A stretch of 57,769 nt of DNA from a virus (Duplodnaviria > Caudoviricetes): positions 1-57,769 of IMG/VR virus record IMGVR_UViG_3300006754_000018; one strand, given 5' to 3'. Below the pieces are notes generated by a model. It was given only the letters and a program-made list of their open reading frames with translations, was not told the DNA's origin and did no database searches. Below are positions 26,880 through 36,020 of this stretch, piece after piece; position 1 is the stretch's first letter; each line of letters opens with the position of its first letter. Both the position numbers and the translations under genes were made by a program.

Positions 26880-27569
26880 TCAAAGAAAGAGAATCTGTGC
26901 AACCCTAGGATATTCGTTAAACCATCCTAGTTTAAGTTCAGCAGAGTGCAACACATCAGTAGGATACAGAACTGCACGATTATATTTCATTTCAAGTAAG
27001 TGTTCTCTCTTAAACTTTTCATCCATAATGGATTGTATAGTGTCATAAGACTCATTCCTAACCTGATACAAGTATGGATCTAAACCCTCACTAATGGTCA
27101 TCTGACCCTCATAACTCCACATACTTGTACCACCATTACACTCATGTGGTGAATTCAAATATATTACTACAGCAAATTGGTTGGGATATGGATTCTTTTC
27201 ATATGTATCTTGATGTGGTATGAGTCCAACAGGATTACTCTTTATAGTATCATCCGTAATGAAATTGCACATATATGAGGCACTACCCCATGATGATTCA
27301 TACTTATCTCTATCAGTAGGTCTTCCCCATATATCCTCATCAAAACACAGTTCATCAAATATTGGTTTAACATTCCATATTTCAGGAGTATCCAAATATA
27401 CTCTATTTCCAGGCATACCACCACTTATTGGAAGATTACCTTGACCACGAATGGAACGAACCTCATCTGGATTCTGATAGAAATTATCAATAATAACAGC
27501 AGATCTCTTATCTATTCCAATATCACCTACAACAGTAATATCCAATACATCACTTAATTCAAACATCAC
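26880..27569 (-). CDS. DUF6445-like 2OG-Fe(II) oxygenase-fold protein
   Basis: IDNFY.NPD...PHQD...GGT...MKYNRAVLYP...H. Confidence 0.85.
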   Translation of the reverse strand: MMFELSDVLDITVVGDIGIDKRSAVIIDNFYQNPDEVRSIRGQGNLPISGGMPGNRVYLDTPEIWNVKPIFDELCFDEDIWGRPTDRDKYESSWGSASYMCNFITDDTIKSNPVGLIPHQDTYEKNPYPNQFAVVIYLNSPHECNGGTSMWSYEGQMTISEGLDPYLYQVRNESYDTIQSIMDEKFKREHLLEMKYNRAVLYPTDVLHSAELKLGWFNEYPRVAQILFL

Positions 27570-28273
27570 ATGTATAATGTTTGCGTCAGACGAGGGGTTT
27601 CAGGGTGTCTAAACCATCCCTTCTGAAGTTCTGGACAACTCAACAACTGTGTTTTATATAATATCGCTCTATTATATTCCATAGGGAAAGCATGTTCAAC
27701 CTTCCAAGCAAAAGAAGACTTCAATTGCATGTTCATATTATCAAAATCCTTCTCATCCTGCCACTTATCCAAGTTAGGTTTAGGTATAGTCATACTTCCA
27801 AGGAAACTGTATAAATCCGTACCACCCTTTGTCTCATCATTTGTATTCAAATACACCTCAAGTTTAAACTGGAATGGTGAAGGTATATGTGGATAACTAC
27901 TCTGGGAAGGCATTATCTTCAAAGGTTCATTAAGAAAATCCTTCTCAGTAATATACTCACACATAAAAGAAGCCCTATCCCACACTTGACCGTATGAATA
28001 TGGGTCAGTCTCATTAATCCAGAATTCCTTATCAAAACATATTTGATCAAATAATGGTCTTAAATTCTTTTGTAGATCCTGAATATCTAATGAATGTTCT
28101 GGTTTATTAGGATCTATTAAACCTTCCCTTTTCTTCAATGCTAATCTACGAACCGCATCTGGATCCTTATAAAAATGATCAAAAAGCATCACCCTGTTAT
28201 CATCGGGTCCTATATTGGTTATAGCAACAATATCAAGTTTATCGTGATCTAATTCAAACATTTTCTGATTCAA
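27566..28273 (-). CDS. DUF6445-like paralog lacking metal ligands
   Basis: Same frame motifs (DHFYKDPD, YLN, GGT, MEYNRAILY) but PSQSS and LLS in place of PHQD and LH. Confidence 0.75.
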   Translation of the reverse strand: MNQKMFELDHDKLDIVAITNIGPDDNRVMLFDHFYKDPDAVRRLALKKREGLIDPNKPEHSLDIQDLQKNLRPLFDQICFDKEFWINETDPYSYGQVWDRASFMCEYITEKDFLNEPLKIMPSQSSYPHIPSPFQFKLEVYLNTNDETKGGTDLYSFLGSMTIPKPNLDKWQDEKDFDNMNMQLKSSFAWKVEHAFPMEYNRAILYKTQLLSCPELQKGWFRHPETPRLTQTLYM

Positions 28274-28277
28274 TTTA

Positions 28278-28305
28278 ATGAAGAAGGGGGCATTTCACCC
28301 CCCAA
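28278..28305 (-). terminator. Putative terminator hairpin downstream of tmRNA
   Basis: GGGGG/CCCCC stem followed by TTCTTC on the minus strand. Confidence 0.55.
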
Positions 28306-28575
28306 GGATCAGTTGGTTAACAAGGTTGATCTAAACCCCGATTGCCCCTTAGGCAGTAGCGAGTTCGCTAGTGCGGGCAAATTCTCTTGTGAGAACACGA
28401 GAGAATGCTACGATGTTATTCGCAGCGGTGTCGATGTCTTTAGCATCTGTGTTTTGCTTATCCAAGCAGGTTTCAGTCATGTCCCGTATACCCTGTCGAA
28501 ACCTTGGCACCCCCTTGCAAAAGTGGAGGTGAGGGGAGTCGAACCCCTGTCCAGAATGTCGATTACACCACCTAC
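28306..28575 (-). ncRNA. ssrA: Circularly permuted (two-piece) tmRNA
   Basis: T-arm AGGGG-TTCGACT-CCCCT plus acceptor 3' strand CACCTCC-A (28548-28524), 9-nt intervening segment, 5' strand GGGGGTG-CCAAGGTTTCGAC (from 28514) forming G3.U70; tag frame ...ANNIVAFSR...ELATA* ending 28349; outer ends approximate. Confidence 0.93.
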
Positions 28576-28595
28576 ATGACTTTTTAAGTCATTCA

Positions 28596-28787
28596 TCAGG
28601 ACTTTTTAACAGGTTTGTCAGTTAATTGTGGTTTACCAGTCTGTTTGGCAATAAATGCAGCAAGTTCTGGAGTCTCTTCCCACTCCCATGTCTCTTCACG
28701 ACCTTTCTTATCAGTCTTTGTAAATGTTCTCTTAACCATCATTTTTCTCCAATAATAATTGATTAACTTGGGACTCAAGTAATGCAA
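28596..28787 (-). CDS. Hypothetical protein (likely start MVKRTFTK)
   Basis: ORF track. Confidence 0.6.
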   Translation of the reverse strand: MHYLSPKLINYYWRKMMVKRTFTKTDKKGREETWEWEETPELAAFIAKQTGKPQLTDKPVKKS

Positions 28788-28917
28788 CTGTCTGTTTCAT
28801 TTCCCTAAAATCATCACTAAGTTGTTTAATCTGAGAGTGATGATCTGAGATTGCCTGACCAAATGCATCTATGTTTTTGAGAAGCAACTCATTTCCATAA
28901 GGTGTGTCTTCAGTCAT
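28732..28917 (-). CDS. Hypothetical coiled-coil protein
   Basis: ORF track, coupled. Confidence 0.65.
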   Translation of the reverse strand: MTEDTPYGNELLLKNIDAFGQAISDHHSQIKQLSDDFREMKQTVALLESQVNQLLLEKNDG

Positions 28918-29506
28918 TTTCCTTCCTATTCATTCTAATAGTACCCTCTGGTTCTGGGGTTAGGTATTTCATGTATATATTACCAGCAACAGTAGTCCCT
29001 ACCTGACCAGAATTAACACTATGCATTATAAAGGATGGGAATATAATTATATCACCTTTTTTAAGATCTGGTTTATAATCCAGAGGAAATGCACCATGAC
29101 AATTACCCAACTGATTTTGAATCAAACCCATAGAAGGGTTAAAGAAAGATGTTCTTGATTTTTCTACAGTCTCATATACAATAAAACTCCACTGAGAATT
29201 AGGATGTATATGCGGATCCTGATAATCATGCTCACCGTATCTATTTCTCCATACATGTCCAATATTGGGGTCATTACCCATTAATCCCAAAGGACCTAGG
29301 TTTCTACCAATAATTTCTCCTAGATGTTCCCAGACTGCTGGAGTCAATTCTAGTTTAGTATTGAAAGTTGTTTTAACACCAGAATCCCATGTTGGTTGAA
29401 GATCTTCTTCTGGTTCGTCTTCTATCTTAAAAATATCCAGATCAACCTTATCTTCAAAGATTGGAATACTAAAAATTTGTTTTAAATTAGGGGCAGGTTC
29501 ATTCAT
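28910..29506 (-). CDS. Putative 2OG-Fe(II) oxygenase (TIGR02466-like)
   Basis: W.N.Y...HIH...GDIIIFPSFIMH. Confidence 0.85.
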   Translation of the reverse strand: MNEPAPNLKQIFSIPIFEDKVDLDIFKIEDEPEEDLQPTWDSGVKTTFNTKLELTPAVWEHLGEIIGRNLGPLGLMGNDPNIGHVWRNRYGEHDYQDPHIHPNSQWSFIVYETVEKSRTSFFNPSMGLIQNQLGNCHGAFPLDYKPDLKKGDIIIFPSFIMHSVNSGQVGTTVAGNIYMKYLTPEPEGTIRMNRKEND

Positions 29507-30135
29507 TTTTTAGCTGGCAAAGGGTTCTTTCTCATAAATTTATAAACTAAACTGGATCTCAATCCACGATATGTTTCGTTTGGTGGAGTTCCATGATGGT
29601 CTATATTACCCTTGAATAATGCAACTCGGCCTGGTGCAGGATCTACTCCTTGCCATTCATCATTTAGTTTAATCTTGAATTGGCCACCCCACTCTGGTTG
29701 CCAATGTTTATTAACATAGTAAGCGAAACTTATTCCATTATCACACTCACAATCCTTATGTGGAAAAGTGTTATGTATATATTGTTGTCCATTGATTAGT
29801 ATCTCACCCAGTTCTAAGTCGATATCCATTGTACCAAGTACGGCACCTGCAAGCATCTCAAAACAACTGTCTTTTGCAATTTCCGACTTAGGTGGGAATA
29901 TGGATTGCTTTAGAGCACCAACTTCGGGCCATGTAGGATCTGCTCCTATATCACGACCATCCGTTGGATATTCACTGGTATGTCCATAGAACCAACTATA
30001 ACTGGTCATTACAAGATTATCAACGTAGTTAATAAACCAATGTGGAAATAGGTTATCAACAACATATACCTCATCCTTAGATAAGTCATAGTTCGACCAA
30101 TCTAAGAATTCCTTATTTGCATCAATGTGTATCAT
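29503..30135 (-). CDS. 2OG-Fe(II) oxygenase
   Basis: HKD...W.PEWGG...PGRVALF...H...R.S. Confidence 0.9.
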   Translation of the reverse strand: MIHIDANKEFLDWSNYDLSKDEVYVVDNLFPHWFINYVDNLVMTSYSWFYGHTSEYPTDGRDIGADPTWPEVGALKQSIFPPKSEIAKDSCFEMLAGAVLGTMDIDLELGEILINGQQYIHNTFPHKDCECDNGISFAYYVNKHWQPEWGGQFKIKLNDEWQGVDPAPGRVALFKGNIDHHGTPPNETYRGLRSSLVYKFMRKNPLPAKK

Positions 30136-30156
30136 AGTCTTATTTTAATACCTTAT

Positions 30157-31812
30157 TTAGTCGTTGTCAACACCCACTCCTGGCCAGTCAAAGTCATCAA
30201 CTTGATCTGCTCTTAGTGCTAAATTCTTTCTATCCTCATTTATATATCCAATGCCCTGTAACATTGACCATGCTTGAGTTTCATCATCGTTTCGTATTTC
30301 TCTCAAAGCAGATGCTCCACCAATATAATGATTGATCTTAGGAACTTCCTCATTGATTAACTCATTCATAGTACTCTCAGCATTTGATATTGCAGTATCA
30401 TAAGTACCACAATCGCCTGGAACAGATCCTGCTGGAGGAACTTGTTTATATCCAATACTACCTGATGTACTAGCAAAAGAAACCGTAGTTCCTTCACTAA
30501 CATATACCTCTTGTCCTCCTGATCCTGCATTTTGAATATATGTCGGCCAATTAAGATCACCTACCCAATACTCTGCATAATGTGCTCCAACTGCTGGTTC
30601 TGGATCTTGTTGTACTTCATGCCATTGTGCAACAACATTTGGATCCTTATTGTTAATGAGTAATAATTTATGTCCTCTACCAATCTGATTACTCTTTAGA
30701 ATACCTATCTCCACTGGATCTATAGGATTCTTAGTAGCATCAAAAACAAGGTCAGTATTATCTGGACCACGAACAACCAAGAAAGAACTAAACGCAGCAC
30801 CAACAGATGTTGTTGTACTTAAAAATAAAGAAGTATATGTAGATACTATACCAACATTAAATGTATATCCAGTTGTTGCAGCAATACTTGCGGTAACTGA
30901 CTTGTTAAGAGTCATAAAATCATATGTGACTGATACTCCAGTCGTAATACCATTTGAATCAACCACTGTTTTAATTCCCACAGCAGTTCCAAACCCTGTT
31001 ATCCTTGCACCATTTGGTAAAACTCCACCAGTACTGAATGTAGTAATACCTGTAGTATCCTTGTCATAAACATAGTCTCCTATATTAGAATGAGTGAAGA
31101 TTCCAACATTCTTATCACCATATATCTTATTATCACTAGATGTACAGAATCCACTCAAGGCATATCTCATTCCAGGCCAAGATGTAGTTCCCAGTCCAAC
31201 AACAGTTGGAAGGTTACCAGTTGTATAAACATAAGGATCCTCAAGAGCATCAGTTATATAATCACCAACTTTAATTGATGCATCATATCCACTAGTTCCT
31301 CCATCAGTATTAAATCCAGTTAATTGTGGTCCTAGAACATCAAAAATTGCCATTGGGGATGTTCCGCCAGTGGTAACAGACAATATTCCAACACTAGCAC
31401 TTACAATATTAGTTACTACATCAGAACCATACTCCCTATTCTTGGGGTATCTCCAATACTTTGCACCATAATATCCAATAGTACGTCTCTGATCCGAGGA
31501 CTTTACTACTTTCCATGACTCATAGTTACTACCATTATTATCTTGCCAATCATTTACTTGTTTCTCCCACACCAAATCAGATCTACATCCATGTGCAACC
31601 CTTGCTTTATAAGCATCCTCTACTTGAGTAATAGCAACATTAATTGGTTGAATTAATGGAGGTATATTACCATCCAATTTAACAATAATTTCATCATATT
31701 CATCAATGACAGCATCAATTATCGTCAGTTGCTCTTGCATCTGATCAGCTTGAGATCCCTTCTGTTCTCTGGTATCTCTAAGTCTTTTAGCAATGTCCCT
31801 TGGTTTAGTCAT
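30157..31812 (-). CDS. Virion structural protein (baseplate/tail-associated)
   Basis: Gly/Thr-rich beta core with helical ends; in gp5 operon. Confidence 0.7.
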   Translation of the reverse strand: MTKPRDIAKRLRDTREQKGSQADQMQEQLTIIDAVIDEYDEIIVKLDGNIPPLIQPINVAITQVEDAYKARVAHGCRSDLVWEKQVNDWQDNNGSNYESWKVVKSSDQRRTIGYYGAKYWRYPKNREYGSDVVTNIVSASVGILSVTTGGTSPMAIFDVLGPQLTGFNTDGGTSGYDASIKVGDYITDALEDPYVYTTGNLPTVVGLGTTSWPGMRYALSGFCTSSDNKIYGDKNVGIFTHSNIGDYVYDKDTTGITTFSTGGVLPNGARITGFGTAVGIKTVVDSNGITTGVSVTYDFMTLNKSVTASIAATTGYTFNVGIVSTYTSLFLSTTTSVGAAFSSFLVVRGPDNTDLVFDATKNPIDPVEIGILKSNQIGRGHKLLLINNKDPNVVAQWHEVQQDPEPAVGAHYAEYWVGDLNWPTYIQNAGSGGQEVYVSEGTTVSFASTSGSIGYKQVPPAGSVPGDCGTYDTAISNAESTMNELINEEVPKINHYIGGASALREIRNDDETQAWSMLQGIGYINEDRKNLALRADQVDDFDWPGVGVDND

Positions 31813-32651
31813 TGAATCTCCGTACCTTCATACTCAATCTCCAGTTTATCAACGTCTTTCCGTTCTCCATAGACAACGAAACTACAATTTACTGGACCTC
31901 CAGCACTATTTAAAACTTTAATTTTAGTACCCCAATCAACTACCTCATAAGATAGTTCTTGATAAGATTGAATAGAAGTTAGTGTAACTGTTATTGTATC
32001 ATGATCTACCAAACCTTTCCAGTATTCTGGTAAATCAATAACGTTTCCTTTTACTGTACCTCTATGATATACACCAATCTCTGCACCCTCTATACAAGCA
32101 TGTCTAAGTCTCATACCCTCTTTAGTAGGATGAGGAATATCGAATTTCTTAAACGGTGCAGCGACAGCAGCAAAAGCACCAAAACCTGAAAATATCTTTG
32201 CACAAGTAATATTACCAGCAACTGCAAGTAATCCCTGAATAGTAACAAACCCAGAGACATTCAAATTACCATTCTGTTGTGCTATTGCATTACCAACAGA
32301 CAATGCATTTTTAATCTCAATACCATTCTTAAGACTCAAAGCATTCTTAATAGTAGTACCAAGTTTGGTACATAATCCCATAAAGGTACTAACTGCAATG
32401 ACATTAACTACACCATGAAAGTTAGCAATACCATCACACCTAAGTGATAATGGTGCAGATATACCAATAGGAGGACCAATCATCACTGTGGCAGTAGGGA
32501 TGCCAGGCGAAATTGCAGTACCAAAGTAACAGGGACCATTAGCAACTAATGTGCCTGGAAATAATCTACTGGTAACAGATAGAAATGACATGTCCAAGGC
32601 GCCAATGACGACCTTATCACCTGCCATTACTATAGATGCGGTAAGTGCCAT
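31809..32651 (-). CDS. Tail/baseplate-associated structural protein
   Basis: FDIPHPTKEGMRLRHACIEG.E.GVY.RG C-terminal motif. Confidence 0.75.
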   Translation of the reverse strand: MALTASIVMAGDKVVIGALDMSFLSVTSRLFPGTLVANGPCYFGTAISPGIPTATVMIGPPIGISAPLSLRCDGIANFHGVVNVIAVSTFMGLCTKLGTTIKNALSLKNGIEIKNALSVGNAIAQQNGNLNVSGFVTIQGLLAVAGNITCAKIFSGFGAFAAVAAPFKKFDIPHPTKEGMRLRHACIEGAEIGVYHRGTVKGNVIDLPEYWKGLVDHDTITVTLTSIQSYQELSYEVVDWGTKIKVLNSAGGPVNCSFVVYGERKDVDKLEIEYEGTEIQ

Positions 32652-33250
32652 TATAAGAAGTCCTTAAATTTATCCAACCATTTCATAATGGAACCCATAA
32701 ATGATCCTTGGAAGATATCGGTCTGTGTTCCTGCTTCAACACCCACACCACCAGTGGTTTCAACAAACTGAGCAGCCATACTTAAATTATTTGCTCCAAG
32801 AATATTAATATTAGTTCCTTTTAGATGAATAATAGGACTATCAAGTTGAATATGTTTTGTACTCTTTAATGTTATCTCACCATCTCCACCAGTGGATTGT
32901 AATCTTACATTTCTTCCTTTGAGTATAACATCACCATCTTGAGCCTCTATCAATATATGACCAGAACCAGCAGCAATTATCTTAGAAAAACCATCTTCTG
33001 GATTACCATCATTTACATCTGTAGCACCTCTGATACCACACATTTCATATGATGTACCCAGAACTACTTGTTTATAGTATCCATGCTGATAATATTGGAA
33101 CCCCTGAATGTTATCAGTAAACATTGATAGGTCAATAATAAATCCCTTCATATCACCTTCGGGGATTTTGATACCAGAAGCTATCCTAAAGCCAGGATAA
33201 TTAGCAACGTATTCTTTGGTATCTACCTTTTGTGGTTCGTTTTCTGCCAT
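32651..33250 (-). CDS. gp5-associated beta-helix spike-like protein
   Basis: GHILIEAQDGDVILKGRNVRL repeats; directly after gp5. Confidence 0.65.
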   Translation of the reverse strand: MAENEPQKVDTKEYVANYPGFRIASGIKIPEGDMKGFIIDLSMFTDNIQGFQYYQHGYYKQVVLGTSYEMCGIRGATDVNDGNPEDGFSKIIAAGSGHILIEAQDGDVILKGRNVRLQSTGGDGEITLKSTKHIQLDSPIIHLKGTNINILGANNLSMAAQFVETTGGVGVEAGTQTDIFQGSFMGSIMKWLDKFKDFL

Positions 33251-35763
33251 TATTCTCTAATAACCTCCTTACCAACACAGTCAATGACATCAATAACAAG
33301 AGCCTTTCCATCAGGACCATAGAGTCTGTTTCCATTCTCATCGTATTGATTTGGTTTTTCGCCAATATCCTGTACGAAGTCTGGAGCATATGATATGATC
33401 GGTAACAACTCAGCACCTCTACCATTTCTTGTGTCTATTGTCACGTTTGGAATTATATTATGTTTATCAGAACAATTGATATTCTTAACTCCAACAATAG
33501 ATCCAGCAGGAGTAGTAACTAAATCGAAGGTACATTGACCAACTTGGCCACCATCCCCATCAGTATATCCAATTCCAGGCCTATATGGAACAATATCAGT
33601 AACTATACCAACAGGTTCGCTTCCTATACCAGCAACACCTCTTGTAGTCCAGTTATATGTATCTGTATTTGCGATTCCTGCAAAACTATTACCAGCCAAA
33701 TCCTCAAATGCGCCAGGAGTTATAGTAAGATGATACTCTGTATTATGTTTCAAGTCAACTGATGGATCTATCTTGATTATAGATGCAGATAAGAATGATA
33801 TTCTACTATCAGTAATAGGTATAGTCTCATGAACAGCATTACTAGAAGATTCCATAATCCTTAGATCACCAGCTCCCCTAACAATAGCTTCACTGAATGT
33901 AACTGATAGAGACACAGAAGTTTGAACACCTACTGCATTATCAGCAGGAGTTGTAAAGGTAATATATGGTGATTCATCATCAAAAGGTTGTTCTGTAACA
34001 GGGAATTTAGGAGGTATAATACCATTAGTCTGACAATATCCTCCTCCACCACGAACCATAAAGACTTGAACTACTCTTCCCTTATCATCAATCCTTGTCC
34101 TAGCAATAGCTCCACCACCATGTCTAGTCTTATCAATAATACTAATTGTTGGGTTAACCGAATACCCAAGACCAGATTGAACTATAACTATGGTTAAAAT
34201 ACTACCATCTACAGCAGATACAACTGGTATCAACTCTGCCTTCTTAAGAGAATCACCAAATACTTCTACTTTTGGTGGAACACACTTAGGATAAGTAAAT
34301 CCTGGCGGAATGGAATCTCCCAAATCATCTTGATTCTTAGGATTATTAGTCCTCTCATTACAATCAAACCATTGATTAAGATCACCACCAAGCATACTTA
34401 AGAAGGATAGACTTCCATCTCCAGCATCAAAATCTAAATTATTAACAAAATCAAGATTGTCAAGAACACTGGACATCTTACCAGCCTTCTTGGTAGATAA
34501 TCCCCATCCCTGTGTCCAATCATCATATTCCTTGCATCGTAGAGAATCGCAAGCCAAGAAACTCAAGATCATATTCATATAAGAAGTTATCTTACTGAAT
34601 AGACTGGTAACATTATTAAGTATTCCCGATAACCAATCTAATCCGTCTAGAATTGGTTTTAGTAGACTGGAAATAGCACCCAATAACTTACTTAGTATTG
34701 CAGAGACAGCTTGTTCAATAGCACAAACACTTGCGTTAATGGTGTTTCCAATAAGATCCTTTAGCAACCCCTTAATGAAATCCATAAGATCGAAACCAGC
34801 CTTCTCGAAGAGACAGAAAATCAAATCCATGATTCTCTTGAAGGCTTGAACGATTGGGTTCTTTTGTGGTTCTGGTACTATTAATCCAATTAAGTTCCGA
34901 AACATCTTACCAAGATATTTCATTACTTTATCTCTTAGTCTTCTAATTATATTCTTAATTGCCCCAAGAATTAATCGTGATGCTTTACCAACAAGTCTGT
35001 CTATATCTGCAATGAAATTCTGAGCGGCATCTACATATACTCCTGCAAAACTAGTTAAAGAATTGATAGTCTTAACAAAACTACCTATGGTATGAGTTAT
35101 CTCAGAAATTGAATCATCTTCACAAGCATTAGAAGCAGTATGAGGACCAAGACTTGTATTGGCCAGTCTTACATCGCCATCAGTATGTCTTCTTAATCCT
35201 TCCTTCCCTCCATCAGGATCTGTTGATTCTCCAGCTTTATTATTTGCATTTTCTGTTGGGGTTGCAACTGGTTTAGCTTTCTGTAATGCTAATGTTGTTG
35301 GTCCAAAAGAACCAGCATTTCTACCACTTACTGTACCAAAAGCACCAGACTCCGCCTGCTTACCCTCACTTGAGAGTGTCATAGCATTAGTGGGAGACTT
35401 GATTTTATTAACACTTCTAGCTAAAGCACCCATTATAACTGGTTGCTGTGCGTCATCACCATCCATGAAGAATCCAAAGACAGTCTCGCCACCTACCATT
35501 CTAGAACTATCACCAAAACATGATTGTCCAGAACCAGAGTTGGCATCTACCATCACATGAGCCCAAGGAAGATCTTCATCAGACAATTCTGCCTCATCAA
35601 AAGGATGAGACCCAATAATCCTAACCTTACACCTATAAGCCCAACCTTCTTCCAAATCAGTCGCTTTGTTCTTCCAGTGCTTAGCATCGGCAACTTTGCC
35701 GATCCACCAAACGAAACCGTCTCGACCAACATAATTGGTCGTCAACATGGACTGATCTAACAT
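33250..35763 (-). CDS. gp5: Baseplate hub subunit gp5 with Ig-like domain insert
   Basis: GRDGFVWWIG...RCKVRIIG.H...LPWA...VFGFFMDG..AQQPVIMG OB-fold N-terminus. Confidence 0.9.
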   Translation of the reverse strand: MLDQSMLTTNYVGRDGFVWWIGKVADAKHWKNKATDLEEGWAYRCKVRIIGSHPFDEAELSDEDLPWAHVMVDANSGSGQSCFGDSSRMVGGETVFGFFMDGDDAQQPVIMGALARSVNKIKSPTNAMTLSSEGKQAESGAFGTVSGRNAGSFGPTTLALQKAKPVATPTENANNKAGESTDPDGGKEGLRRHTDGDVRLANTSLGPHTASNACEDDSISEITHTIGSFVKTINSLTSFAGVYVDAAQNFIADIDRLVGKASRLILGAIKNIIRRLRDKVMKYLGKMFRNLIGLIVPEPQKNPIVQAFKRIMDLIFCLFEKAGFDLMDFIKGLLKDLIGNTINASVCAIEQAVSAILSKLLGAISSLLKPILDGLDWLSGILNNVTSLFSKITSYMNMILSFLACDSLRCKEYDDWTQGWGLSTKKAGKMSSVLDNLDFVNNLDFDAGDGSLSFLSMLGGDLNQWFDCNERTNNPKNQDDLGDSIPPGFTYPKCVPPKVEVFGDSLKKAELIPVVSAVDGSILTIVIVQSGLGYSVNPTISIIDKTRHGGGAIARTRIDDKGRVVQVFMVRGGGGYCQTNGIIPPKFPVTEQPFDDESPYITFTTPADNAVGVQTSVSLSVTFSEAIVRGAGDLRIMESSSNAVHETIPITDSRISFLSASIIKIDPSVDLKHNTEYHLTITPGAFEDLAGNSFAGIANTDTYNWTTRGVAGIGSEPVGIVTDIVPYRPGIGYTDGDGGQVGQCTFDLVTTPAGSIVGVKNINCSDKHNIIPNVTIDTRNGRGAELLPIISYAPDFVQDIGEKPNQYDENGNRLYGPDGKALVIDVIDCVGKEVIRE

Positions 35764-35764
35764 A

Positions 35765-35992
35765 TTAATCGTCGTAAACTAAACATTCTGGTTCGTCTGG
35801 ATGCTGATCACAAAATAGTTCTAAACAGTTAGGATCATGGTGATCTCCTGCTACGATCTCTTCGTGATGATGCTCCTCATATTCAATTAAATCATGAAGT
35901 TCTTCCTCAACATGTCTCCTAGTTTGAGGATTAGTTTGAGGGTTGTCAAGGATCTCTTTGTCCCTGTCGATATGTTGTTCTATAGTTTCCAT
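35765..35992 (-). CDS. cp12: CP12 Calvin-cycle inhibitor
   Basis: C-terminal LELFCDQHPDEPECLVYDD. Confidence 0.95.
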   Translation of the reverse strand: METIEQHIDRDKEILDNPQTNPQTRRHVEEELHDLIEYEEHHHEEIVAGDHHDPNCLELFCDQHPDEPECLVYDD

Positions 35993-36020
35993 AATAGTAA
36001 CCTAATAATAATCAACCCAT

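Noticed and set aside
28524-28552. Stand-alone tRNA or attachment-site remnant
   Set aside because: No anticodon arm; the acceptor strands are in permuted order and followed by a tag frame, which fits tmRNA
28313-28579. 88-aa plus-strand ORF
   Set aside because: Antisense shadow of the tmRNA gene; no RBS or recognisable motif
2846-29767. Isolated DnaA-box matches at 2846, 13024 and 29759
   Set aside because: Single copies inside coding sequence, compatible with chance
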